From Scenedesmus sp. PABB004 (taxonomy: Eukaryota), in assembly GCA_014905635.1 (NCBI GenBank), contig CM026547.1, positions 1,860,001 through 1,924,000 of the forward strand: a stretch of 64,000 nucleotides of DNA, written 5' to 3'. The notes beneath the pieces are model-generated. The model had not been told where the DNA came from. It made no database searches and saw only the letters and a list, made by a program, of their open reading frames with translations. Every line of letters starts with the position of its first letter. Position 1 is the first letter of the stretch. This document shows positions 48,470-59,827 of the stretch, piece by piece. The position numbers were made by a program, and so were the translations under genes.

Positions 48470-50546
48470 ACGAGGAGCTTCTGCTGTGCCTGCGCGGCCA
48501 TGAGCTTCTGCTGCTGAGCCGCCATGAGCTGCTTCTGCTGCTGCGCCAGCATCAGCTGCTGCGCCTGCGCGAGCATGAGCTGCTGCTGCGCCTGCGCCTG
48601 CGCCTGCGCCTGCGCCGCCACCGGGGCCGCGCCCAGCGGCAGGCCCGGCAGCCGCGCCGCGCCGGGCGCCACGCCGCCCAGCTGGCCCTGCATCTGCAGG
48701 CGCTGGGCCTGCAGCTGCGCCTGCAGCGAGCGCTGCTGCTGCTGAAGGAAGTCGACTGCGCGCTGGCCCTGCAGCAGCATGGGGCCGCCCGGGCCGTTGA
48801 CAGTGACCTGCGGCGGGCCGGGCACTGGCGACGCCGCGGGCGCGCCCCCTCGGCGGCCGTCGCCGCCGTCGCCGTCGCCGCCGTCGCCGCCGTCGCCGCC
48901 GCCGCCCCGCCAGCAGGCTGCGGGCTGGGCTGCGGGCCGGGCTCGCGCGGGCCCTCGCCCGCCGCCTTGGCCACATCCTCGACCAGCTCGTGTAGCAGAC
49001 CGCCGATCACGGCGGCGGGGTCCTCCTCCAGGGCGGCGTCACCTGGGGGCGCAGCGCGCGGGCGGCGTGGGCAGGGGGCGCGCCCGCCGGTGGCGGCGCT
49101 CCGCTGCGCGCGCGAGCGGACCGCGGCCACAGCCCTCACCTGGGGCGTGGGGCGTCCCCGCGGCGGCCGCATCGCGCGGCGTCTCGGGCGCCCCGAGCAG
49201 CTGGTCCGCGCCCTTGGCCATCCCCAGCAGCGACGACCGCGCCACAGGGCTGGCGGCCGAGGCGTCGCCGGGCGCGCTGCTGCGCCGCGCGACGCCCGCC
49301 GCGCCGGCGGCCGCCTGCATCGCGAGCTGCTGCAGGTTGGAGTAGCTGCTCGCCGACAGCGGCGCAGGGGCGGGCCCTGGCGGGGCGTGCCGCCGAGGCT
49401 GGTGGTGGCGCTCGCGCTCGCCGCCGGCAGCTGCAGCGCCGACAGGCCCGCGAGCGGGCTGGGCCCCGAGGCGGGGCCCGACGCCGTCAGGGCCGCGAGG
49501 TGCTCCAGGCGCTGCTGCACGTGCGCCGCCGCCACATCGGGGACCTGCCCCGGCGCGCCCGGCAGCTGCTGCAGGCGCTGCTGCACCGCCTCGGCGCCGG
49601 GGTACTGCTTGGCCTGCGCGACGACCGCGCACGGCCCAAACTGGGGCTTGCGGCCGGCAGCCGCCGCGAGCTGCAGCTGCTGCAGCTGGCGCTCCACGGT
49701 CTGCTGGCCCAGGCGCATGTCGCCCGCCGCCAGGCTGGCCGCGGCGTTCACCCCCTGCACCTGCACCTGCGCCGCCGCTGGCGCGCCGGCCGGTGCGGGC
49801 TGCAGCACCACCTGCCCCGGCTGCGGCGCCGGCTGCAGCAGCACGCCACCCGCTGCCGCGGGCACCTGCTGCAGCACGAGCGGCTGCGCCTGCGGCGCGC
49901 CGCCGGCGACGGGCTGCAGCACCAGCGGCTGCGCCTGCGGCGCGGCGGGCGCCGGCACGCGCGCCACCGGCTGCATCGCCGGCTGCATCGCCGGCTGCAT
50001 CGGGGGCACCTGCATCGCCTGCTGCGGTGCGGGCTGCGGCACCACCAGCACCGGCCGCACGCCCTGCGCCGGCACGGGCTGCTGGCCCGCGGCCAGCATG
50101 GGCCCGACCTGCTGCGCCCCCAGCTGCGGCCCGCCCAGGCGCACGGCCTGCGGCTGCAGCGCCGCCACGGGCACGCCGGGCTGCCCCGGCAGCGCGGCGG
50201 GGCGCAGCGCCGCCGCCGCCGGCGCCTGGGCCACCGACAACGGCGTGTACTTGGCACCCTGGGCGGTCGAGGCGATGAGCGCGGTCAGGGGCTTGAAGAA
50301 GGGGGCCGGGATGGCGTCGCGCGGCACCGCCGCGCTCGCGGCGGTGAGGCCGACGACGGGCAGGTCGCCGGGGAGGCGGCCCGTCGTGTACCACTGCCAC
50401 ATGTTGGCGGCGGTGAAGGGGCCCTGCAGGGCGCCATGGTGGTCCTTGTAGATCCACAGCGGCCGCGCCGCCGCGTTCGCGAGCTCGCCGCCGGTGAGCA
50501 GCAGCAGCGCCGCGCCCTCCGCGGGCGTCTTGGGCGCCGCGAGCAT
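44685..50546 (-). CDS. Large GYF-domain protein with polyQ tracts and GW/WG-rich repeat region
   Basis: N-terminal GYF domain WIYKDHHGALQGPFTAANMWQWYTTGRLPGDLPV; Gln-rich middle (CTG tracts 47545-48750); repeated EGWGGRGPPPPPARQPSGDH. The 3' end is uncertain (45184 if unspliced, 44685 if two further introns). Several frame changes. Confidence 0.7.
46221..46476. repeat. 60-bp coding tandem repeat (about 4.3 copies) encoding GWGGRGPPPPPARQPSGDHE
   Basis: Near-identical units start at 46221, 46281, 46341, 46401 and 46461. Confidence 0.95.
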
Positions 50547-51006
50547 CGCCGGTCACGCAGACGCGGCTGGATGGTCAGGCAAGGGGGATTGGGGCATGGG
50601 GCGCGGCTGCCCGCGGCGGGGCGGGCGCTCTAGCGAGGAGGCGAGGTGGGTGATGATCGCAGCGAGGGAGGAGCGCCTGCGGGCGGCGTGAGAGGCGCAG
50701 CGGCCCGGCGGTGTGAGAGGCGTCGTCGCTCGGGCGCGTGGGCGAGCTGCGGGGCCGGGGCGGGCCTCCGCAGCGCGGGCCGGGGCAGTGAGGCCGCTGC
50801 CGAGCCTCCGCCCCGCCCAGAGGCCTGCCCGCGACGCTGCCACGCCAAGCCGCGTCCATAGGGCGCCCGCGCTTCCAGCGCGGCTGGCACAGCGCCGCGT
50901 GCCCCGCTCGCAGCGCTGGCGCGTGGTGCTGCCATGCCGGGCGCCCCCCGCGCGCGCCGGGGCCCACCTGCCGCGCCCGGCCGGGTGCAGGCGCACGCGG
51001 ATTCGG

Positions 51007-51294
51007 GCGTCTATGTGGGCTGGAGTCTAAGCCGATCGGCGCGGGCTCGGCGGCGAGGCGGTCGTCCTGACGCGTGGCGCTAGGCCCCGTGGCGCGCAGC
51101 TGCACCGCCTGCTCCGGGCTCGCTCGCGACGCCGTGCTCTGGCGCTCAGCGCGGCGCGCCGGGGTTTCACTGCAGCAGGGCCGCAACACGAGCGCGGGGT
51201 TGGGTTCAGCTGCTGCCTCGGCTCCGGTGCCGCCGCACGAGACCCCCGCGCGGCGGGCGCGGCAGGAGGGGGCAGCCCGCGCGCTGCTGGCGCC
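51007..51294 (+). repeat. Inverted repeat 3, left arm
   Basis: Reverse complement of 51923-52208; one substitution and a 2-bp indel noticed. Confidence 0.95.
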
Positions 51295-51922
51295 AGCGCG
51301 CCGCCGCGCCGCAGCGCCGCCGCCGCCGCGCGACCGAGCGCCCCCGCCCGCCACGCCGCGCCGCTCGCGTGGGCAACGGACCCAGGTGCTCACGGCATCA
51401 GGGAATCGCTCAACGTGAGGCGCCGGGGCCGGCGGGCGCCGCCGCGGTGGCGGTGCCCTGGCGGTGCTGGGCGTGCTGCGGCCGCCGTCCGCGTCTTGCC
51501 CTGCCCGGGCGCTGGGCTGGCCAGGCAGGAGTGGCTCCGGCGACCCGGCACGGCGCGGCCTCGGCGCGGGTGCAGCGCGTGCGGCAGGTGTTCGACGACG
51601 CGCAGCGGCGTCAGCTGGGGGCCGCACCGCACGCAGCCGGCGCGCACGGGCACCGCAAAGCAGGCGCGGGTGGAGCTCGCGCTCGCCCGCAGCGCGGTGC
51701 GCGCGGCGGCGGCGGCGGATCGCGAGGGTGCGCTGCGGGCTGAGCTGACGTGCTGTGCGCGCGGACGCCCATGCGCTGCGCGAGATGGCGGAGCGCGAGG
51801 CTGGCGGTGGCGCTGGGTGCCGCGCAGGCACCCGCATCGTCGCAGACTGCCAGCACAGCCGCAGCTGCGCGGGGTGCGTCGAGCAGTTTGGCAAGGTTTG
51901 AGGGGCGCCGACAGGCAGCCTG

Positions 51923-52208
51923 GGCGCCAGCAGCGCGCGGGCTGCCCTCCTGCCGCGCCCGCCGCGCGGGGGTCTCGTGCGGCGGCACCGGAGCCGAGGC
52001 AGCAGCTGAACCCAACCCCGCGCTCGTGTTGCGGCCCTGCTGCAGTGAAACCCCGGCGCGCCGCGCTGAGCGCCAGAGCACGGCGTCGCGAGCGAGCCCG
52101 GAGCAGGCGGTGCAGCTGCGCGCCACGGGGCCTAGCGCCACCCGTCAGGACGACCGCCTCGCCGCCGAGCCCGCGCCGATCGGCTTAGACTCCAGCCCAC
52201 ATAGACGC
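51923..52208 (-). repeat. Inverted repeat 3, right arm
   Basis: Reverse complement of 51007-51294. Confidence 0.95.
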
Positions 52209-52701
52209 TCGCGTCCGCCTGCGCCGCGCGCGCCGGCGGCAGGGCGCGGCGGGGGGCTTTGCGCGCCCGCACAACGCGAGCGCCCCCGCTCCCTTCAACG
52301 CCCCCACCGCCGCTCGCTCGCTTGTCGCCTCCAGCCCACCGTGCCAGCGATACCTGTGCGTCCGGCCGACAGCGAGTGTGTGGCTGGCGCTGCCGTCGTC
52401 GTGCAGCGGCGCGCTTGGGGCAGCCCAGCGCCGCGTGACAGGCGCGTCGCTCGCGGAGCAGCGCGGGCGTTGCGTTGCGGCCTGCTCGAGGCCTGGCGGC
52501 GGCCCGCGCCCGCCGCTGCTGCGCCGCGCGGCGCTCCGCCCGTCCGGCGCTACGGGGCCCGCCGCCGCAGCAGCAGCTGCTGGCAGCGGCAGCAGAGGCT
52601 GTGGGGCGCGGCGGGGCCCGCCCGGTGCTACGGGCCCCGCCGACGCCGTCGCGGCAGGTGCTGGCGCCAGCGGCGGCGGAGCTGCGGGCGCGCTGCGCGC
52701 G

Positions 52702-55700
52702 ATGGCCTTTGCACCGCCGCCGTGGAAGTGCGTGCCCGGCACCGCCTTCACGGTGGACGCCTTCCGCTTCCCCGCGCCCTGGGTGCGGGCCTACTTCCTC
52801 ACGCACGCCCACTCAGGTCCGGGGTGCGCCGCGCTGCGGGCGCGCGGCAGCCAGCCTGGCAGCGGCGCAGCGCGTCGGCGGCGCGCAGCGCGGCGCGCGC
52901 CGACAGCCGCCGCGCCGCCGCAGACCACTACACGGGCCTGAGCGAGTCGTGGAGCGGCGGCGCGCCCATCTACTGCAGCGGCGTTACCGCCGCGCTGGTG
53001 GAGCAGCTCGCGCAGGTGCCGCCCGCGCTGCTGCGCCCGCTCGCGCTCGACGTGCGGCACAGCGTCGAGGGCGTGGGCGTGACGCTGGTGGACGCCAACC
53101 ACTGCCCAGGCGCGGTGCAGCTGGTCTTTGAGCTGCCCGACGGCCGGCGCTTCATCCACAGCGGCGACATGCGCTTTGACGGCGCCGCTATGACGGCGCA
53201 CCCCGCCCTCGCGGCCGCGCGCGCCGCGGGCGTGGACGGGCTCTTCCTGGACACCACCTACGCGCACCCGCGGCACACTTTTCCCAGCCAGGCGTGGCAA
53301 CCGCGGCGGCGGCGCGGCGCGGCGGCGGCGGCGCGACGCGTGGCGCGTGGCGCGGGGCGCGGGGCCGACGCGGGGCGGCCCACCCCGCCCCGCCCCGCCC
53401 CGTGCGCAGGCCGAGGTCGTGGCGTGGGTCGCAGCCCGCATCGCGGCGATGCTGCAGGAGGACGCCGAGGCGGCCGCGCAGGCGCATGCGGCTGGCAGCA
53501 GCAGCGGCGGCGGCGGCGGCGGCTCGCCGCCGCCTCGCTTCCGGCGGCTGTACCTCATCCAGACGTACGTGATCGGCAAGGAGCGCCTGCTGCTCGCCGT
53601 CGCGGCGCGCACGGGGCGGAAGATCGTCGTCACGGGCCGCAAGCTCCAAGTCCTGCGGTGCGGCGCGGCGCGGCGCGCGGGGGCGGCGCCGCGCCGCGCA
53701 GCGCAGCGCCGCCCACGCGCCGCCCCCTACGCGCCGCCCCGCCCACGCGCCGCCCGGCCCACGCACGCGCAGGCTGACGGGCCTGAGCGCCGAGCAGCTC
53801 GCCTGCTTCACCACCGACACGTCGGCGTCGCCGCTGCACGTGACCGGCTGGGGCGTGCTGGGCGACAGCTGGCCCTTCTTCCGGCCCAACTTTTCCAACC
53901 TCGAGGAGGCGCGCGCGCAGAACGGCGCGGAGGAGGTGCGCGGCCGGCCAGCCGGCCAGCCAGCCGCGCGCGCGCGCGCGCGGTGCTGGTTGCGCCGCCC
54001 TGACGACGCTGCTGGCTGCGCCGCCGCCGCCAGGTCGTCGGCTTCTGCCCGACCGGCTGGTCCTGGGCCATCAAGAAGGCCGCCGAGACGGGCGGCTTCC
54101 CGGTGCACTCCAAGGGCGCCGCGAGCGTGGTGCAGGTGCCCTACAGCGAGCACAGCTCGTTCGACGAGCTGCGCGAGTACGTGCGCTGGCTGCGCCCCAA
54201 GCAGGTGCGCGGGCCGTGCCGCGCTGTGGCGCTCAGCGGCCCGGGCGCGCGCTGCGTGACACGCCGCACCGTGCCGCGCCCCAGGTCATCCCAACCGTCG
54301 GCGCGGACGACAAGGCGCGCACCGCGATGCTGGCGCACTTCCGGGGACTGCTGGACGACAGGGCCAACAAGGCAGCCTTCCTGGCGCGCATGACCGCCGC
54401 AGCGGCGGCCGCGCCGGCCGCGCACCAGGCGCCGGCGCCGGGCGCGGCCGGCGCGCTGGGCGGCACGGGCGAGCCGGCCCCTGCTGATGATGCGCAGGCG
54501 GGTGAGGCGGGCGGCGCGAGCGAGCCCGCCGCCATGGAGGAGGCGCCGGCGGCAGCAGCCGCTGGCGGCGGCGACGGCGGCAGCGGCGGTGCCAGCGGCG
54601 CCGATGCTGGCCTGGAGCTGCTGCTGGCAGTGGTGGGCGGAGCTGACAGCGGGCTCACGCGCGCGGCCGCGCAGCAGCTGCTGGCGGCGTCCGGCGGCGA
54701 CGTCAACGCTGCTGCGGGAGCCTTCCTGGACCGCGCGGCGGCATCGCCCAGCTCCGCCGCCCGGGGCGGCAGCAGCAGGCCGGCGCAGCAGCAGAAGGCG
54801 CAGAAGGTGCAGAAGCGCGCCAGCGGCGGCAGCGGCGGCGGCGGCACGGCTCAGAAGCAGCGCAAGTCCGCGGCCTCGCCGGTTGCTGGGCAAGCAGCCA
54901 TCACCGCGTTCTTCGCCAAGCAGCCGCCGAGGCAGGCGCAGCAGGCGCAGCAGGCGCAGCAGGCGCAGCAGGCGCAGCAGGCGCAGCAGGCGCAGCAGGC
55001 GCAGCAGGCGCAGCAGGCGCAGCAGGCGCAGCAGGCGCAGCAGGCGCAGCAGGCGCAGCAGGCGCAGCAGGCGCAGCAGGAGCAGAGGGGCGACGAGGCG
55101 GCAGCGCAGGAGCAGGTAGAGCAGACAGAGCAGCGGGAGCAGCAGCAGGAGCGGCAGCAGGAGCGGCAGCAGCAGGAGCAGGGCGGGCAGAAGTCGCAGG
55201 AGCGGCAGGACGGGGACAGCAGCTTGGGCGGCGTCACGCCGCCCCCGGGCGGCCCGCTGGGCAGCCCAAGGCCCGCCGAGCGCGAGCGACCCGCTGGCGC
55301 GGCCGACGCGCCGGCAGGGCCGGAGGGCGTGGAGGGGCAGGCGGCCGCGGCGCCGGCCACGCAGCCTGCGGGGCGCGGCGGGCGGCTGATCGGCGCCGCC
55401 TCGGCCGGCAGCGCCGAGGTGTCGGCGGCGCTGCGCGAGGCGCCGCTGCTGCCGATAGTGCGCTTTAACCCGCTGAAGCACGCGGTCTGGGCGCCCGGCG
55501 CGCCGGCGCCGTACCTCGCGCTCGCGCTCACGCTGGCGGCGGTCGACGGCACGACCAAGCGCCTGCAGATGTCGGCCGCGCTCACAAACTGCTTCCGCAG
55601 CATCGCGTTGCTCGCGCCGCACGACCTCGCGGCCGCCGCGTTCCTCGTCACGGGTGCGCCGCGCGCGCGCGCCGGCCCGCGCGCCGCGCCACCTCACGCG

Positions 55701-58700
55701 CCGCCCCACGCGCCGCCTCACGCGCCCCCTCACGCGCGCGCACGCCCACGACGCGCCGCTGCCGCGCCGGCGCGGGTCAGGCAAGGTCGCGCCCGAGTAC
55801 GAGGGCGTGGAGCTGAGCGTGGGGGGCGCGACCGTCGCGGCGGCGGTGCGCGAGGCCACGGGCACGAGCCGCGCCGCGCTGGCGGCGCTCTACAACGAGA
55901 CCGGCGACCTCGGCGACGCCGCGCAGGCCTGCCGGCGGCGCCAGGCGTCGCTGCTGCCGCCGCCGCCGCTGACGATACGCGGCGTGTACGACGCGCTGCG
56001 CGCGCTCGCGGCGCAGTCGGGCGCGGGCGCGGCGGGGCGGCGGCAGGCGCTCGTGGTGCGGCTGCTGCGGTCCGCGCGCGACCCCGAGGCAAAGTACCTC
56101 GTGCGCACGCTCGTCTCCAACCTGCGCGTCGGCGCGGGCTGGCGCAGCGTGCTCGGCCCGCTCGCCAAGGCGGCGCTGCTGCACCGCCGCATGCTCGCCG
56201 CGGCGGGGCTGCTGCACGCCGGCGCCGACGCCGGCGCCGGCGACGACGTCGCGGCGCGCGCCGCCGCCGCCGCGGAGCACGCAACGGCGTCGGCGGCGCG
56301 CGTGAGCAAGGCGGAGCTGGACGCCGCGGCGGCGGCGGCGGCGGCGGCCTTCCACGTCGCGCCCGACCTCGGTCTCATCGTGCGCACACTGCTGGAGGGC
56401 GGGCCCGAGGCGCTCGGCGGCATCCGGCTGACGTGCGGCGTGCCCGTGAAGCCCATGCTTGCCCGGCCCTGCACCAGCGTGCCTCACGCGTTTGCGCAGC
56501 TCGCAGCCACCGCCGCCGGCGGCGGCGCGCCGCGGGGGCGCGCTGCCAAGCCGGGCGGCGCGGCGCGGCGCGGCGGGGCGCCTGCGGCGCCGGCCGCGGC
56601 CGTCAGCGACGGCGAGGACGCGGCGGCGGGGGCCGAGGTGGAGGCGGGCGAGGAGGAGGCGGAGGAGGCCACCACGGAGCTCGAGGAGGCCACCACCGAG
56701 GGCGCGGACGACGACGCGGCGCCCGCGCTGGCCGCCGCGGCCGCGGCCGGCCCCGGGGCGCGGGCCCGGTGGCCGTGCTGGCAGAGGTCAAGTATGACGG
56801 CATGCGCCTGCAGGTCCACGTGCGGGCCGATCGCACGGTGCGCGCGCCGCGCCCCGCCGCCGCGCGCGCTGCGCCGCGCCTCGCCAGCCAACCGCGGCGG
56901 CCTGCCGTGCGCCGCGATTCGCGCCGCCGCCGCCGCCGGCGCTGCGTGGGCGGGCCGTGCGCGAGCCGCCCCCGCCGCGGGCCGCGCCCCAGGTGCGGAT
57001 GTTCACCCGCAACTCCGAGGACCGCAGCGCCGCGCACCCCGACGTGGCGGCGGCCGTGCTCGACGCCGTCGACCCCGCCGCGCTGCCGCTGGTGATCGAC
57101 GCCGAGCTGCTGGGCGTCGACCGCGCCGACGGCAACCGCCTGCGCGCCTTCCAGGAGCTGGCAACGCGCCCGCGCCCCAGCGGCGCCGCCGAGCAGGAGC
57201 CGCAGCCGGGGTCCAAGCGCCGCGGCGCCGCGGCGGGCGGCGCGCCGGCGGGCAGGCAGTCGAAGCAGCAGCGCCTGGTGCTGGCGCCGGCCACGCCGGC
57301 GGCGAGCCAGCCGGCAGGCGAGCCTGGCGAGGGCCGGGCGGAGCCGGGCGGCAGCCAGCCGGGCGGCAGCCAGCCGGGCGGCAGCCAGCCGGGCGGCGGT
57401 CAGCCGCCGGCGGGCGGGCAGGCGGGCGGGCGGCAGGTCGACGTCTGCCTGTTTGCGTTTGACGCGCTGCAGGTCGGTGGCACCGACCTCATGGCCGCCA
57501 GCCTCAGGGAGCGCCGCGCCGCGCTGGCGCGCGCGCTGCCACGGCTGCGGCCAGGGTTCGTCGCGCTGGCGCAGAGCGTCGAGGTCCCCGTCTCGCCCGC
57601 CGACGCCGCGGCGTCGGCGGAGCCGGCCGACCCGGCTGCGGCAGCCGCGGCTCCGCCGGCCGCGGACGCGGCCGGCAGCAGCGGCGCGGCGCCCGAGCTG
57701 GCCGCGCCGGAGGAGGGCGGCAACGACGGCGGCGGCGGCGGCGCGGCGGGGCGGGTGATGGACTTTTTCTTCGCCGCCCTCGCCGGCGGCGGGGAGGGGC
57801 TCATGCTCAAGCTGCTCGACGGCCCGGGTGCGGCGCCGCGCTGCCGCTGCCGCGCCGCGCCGGCCGCCGCGGCGCGAGCGCCCCGAGAGCGCGCGCGCCA
57901 GAGCGCGCCCCACCGCCGCCGGCGCTGCGCCGCGCGGCTCCCAGGCTCCACCTACCAGCCCTCCAAGCGCAGCCAGAGCTGGGTGAAGCTCAAGCGCGAC
58001 TACCTCGAGGGCTGTGCCGACAGCTTTGACCTCGTGCCCATCGGTCAGCGGCGGGCTGCCGCCGCCGCCGCCGCAGCGCGAGGCCGGGGCGGGGCGGGGC
58101 GCCGGCCACGCGCGCGCGCGCGCCGCCCGGCGCGGCGGGCCGAGCGCGCGCCGCTGCTGCCGCCGCAGGCGCGTGGCGCGGCGTGGGGCGCAAGGTGCGC
58201 TGGTTCTCGCCCCTCCTCATGGCCGTGTGGGACCCGGAGAGCGAGACGTTCCAGAGCCTGTGCAAGGCGCGCGCGCGTGTTTGTGAACGGGGGGGGGGGG
58301 GGCGGCTGCGCCGCCGCCCCCTCGCTGCGCCGTGCCCGCCGCCGCGCGCCGCTGCCCACCACCGCTGCCCCCCCCCCCCCACACACACACCCACATGCGC
58401 TGCCCCCCCCCCACACACCCACCCACACACCCACACCCACACCCACACCCACACACCCACGCACGCGCTGCCCCGCCCCCCCCCGTCAGGTGATGAGCGG
58501 CATGTCTGACGACTTTTACGCCGCCGCGACGGCCCGCCTCGCCGCCAGCGTCATCCCCGCGCCAAAGCCCTACTTCCGCACCGCAGAGTGCCCAGACTTC
58601 TGGCTCGAGCCCACCGAGGCGCGCAGGGCGGCGCGCCGGCCTGGGGGCCGGCCGGCCGTGCCCGCGTGAGGTGCGCCGCGCGAGACGCGCCGGCGACCGC

Positions 58701-59039
58701 CGCGGTCGCCGCCGCGCGCCGCGCCGCGCCGCAGGTTTGGGAGGTGCGCGGCGCTGAGCTGTCCATCTCGCCGATGCACCGCACGGCGGCGGGGCGGCTG
58801 CACCCCGAGCGCGGCCTGGGGCTGCGCTTCCCTCGGTGCGCGGCGCGCGCCGGCCCGCGCCCGGGCCCAGTCCTGCTGGCGCGCGGCGCGGCCCGCGCGG
58901 CGGCTCAGCCTCTGCCCGCGTCCCCCCCTGTGCGCGGCGCAGCTTCCTGCGGCTGCGCCCCGACAAGCGCGTGGAGGAGGCCTCCGGGCCGGACCTGGCG
59001 GAGGCGCTCTACCGCGCGCAGGCGCGGCGCGTGCACTGA
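52702..59039 (+). CDS. LIG6: DNA ligase 6-type fusion: SNM1/beta-CASP nuclease plus ATP-dependent DNA ligase
   Basis: Nuclease motifs THAHS|DHY, DANHCPG, HSGDMR, FLDTTY, YVIGKER, PTGW and VPYSEHSS. Ligase motifs PVKPMLA, EVKYDGMR, FAFDAL, EGLMLK, WVKLKRDY and LRFPR|FLRLRPDK. True start may lie further upstream; frameshift near 56755. Confidence 0.88.
54933..55078. repeat. Perfect 9-bp coding tandem repeat (caggcgcag, about 16 copies; QAQ) in the LIG6 linker
   Basis: Directly visible. Confidence 0.95.
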
Positions 59040-59827
59040 CCAAGCCCCCACCTAGGGGCGGCGCGAGCGCGAGCGGCGGGGCTGGAGAGCTGCTGCGGTT
59101 GAGTTGGCGTCCGAACGTCGGCGGCCTGTCACCTTGACCGTTGGGAGCGACTCCCGCGATCGCCCGCGCCCGGCGCCCCCGCTCGGCGCGCCAGCACGCG
59201 CATCGCGGCACACACCAGGGCCGCCCTCGCGCGCGCCCACAGCCAGCAGGAGCATCGCCGACCCGTCAGGAAGCAGCGCCGACTGGCGCGCGTGACACGC
59301 GGCGACGCAACACCCCCCGTTCAGCAGGGCAGACAGGTACAGTCAATGAAGTTGTGTGATGTGCTGGTGCGCAGTGTCAGCTGCTTCTCAATCGTGCGAA
59401 GCACGATCCTCCAATCTCACACAGCATGCAGCGCGCCCGTGACCAATTCGACGGTCCAACTCTCGTCGGTGGGCAGCCGGACCAGCGATGGCCAGCCCCC
59501 GAGACGGACAAGACCACGTGCCGCGGCGACCGCACGCGCCGTGGGGGCACCCGAGACCAACGCAAATACTCGAGCGCCTGCTGCTCGCGCAGCGCCCAGG
59601 GATCAAGTCGCGCGCGGCCAACAACCATGCCCACACGCTGTGCTGCCCAGCCGCGTGCAAATGGGACGAGCAATGTGCACACAGAGCCGTTAGATCCTCC
59701 GGCGCGCTTCATCACAGGCAGGCAGTGACGTCATGTGCAGGCGCAAACCACACAGTCGCCGTCCAGGCCCCGCCAGGCGGCGCCCTGCGTCCCGCCCCCG
59801 ACCCCGTGCAGCCGCGGCGGAGGGGGG

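Noticed and set aside
51295..51922. Coding-like fragments in the inverted repeat 3 spacer (RVQRVRQVFDDAQRRQL; KQARVELALARSAV)
   Set aside because: No coherent start, splice pattern or recognisable domain, so it cannot be called a gene.
9290..56760. Intron-less frame changes in ACR (about 9295, 10690, 11120), PPR-cyclin (about 24170), GYF (about 49370) and LIG6 (about 56755)
   Set aside because: They mostly fall in G/C runs within otherwise intact genes and show no slippery-site pattern; long-read indel errors are more likely than programmed frameshifting or pseudogenes.
40716..59039. Functional link between the LIG6 repair gene and the nearby rearrangement scars
   Set aside because: Eukaryotic repair proteins act in trans; the proximity is most likely coincidental.
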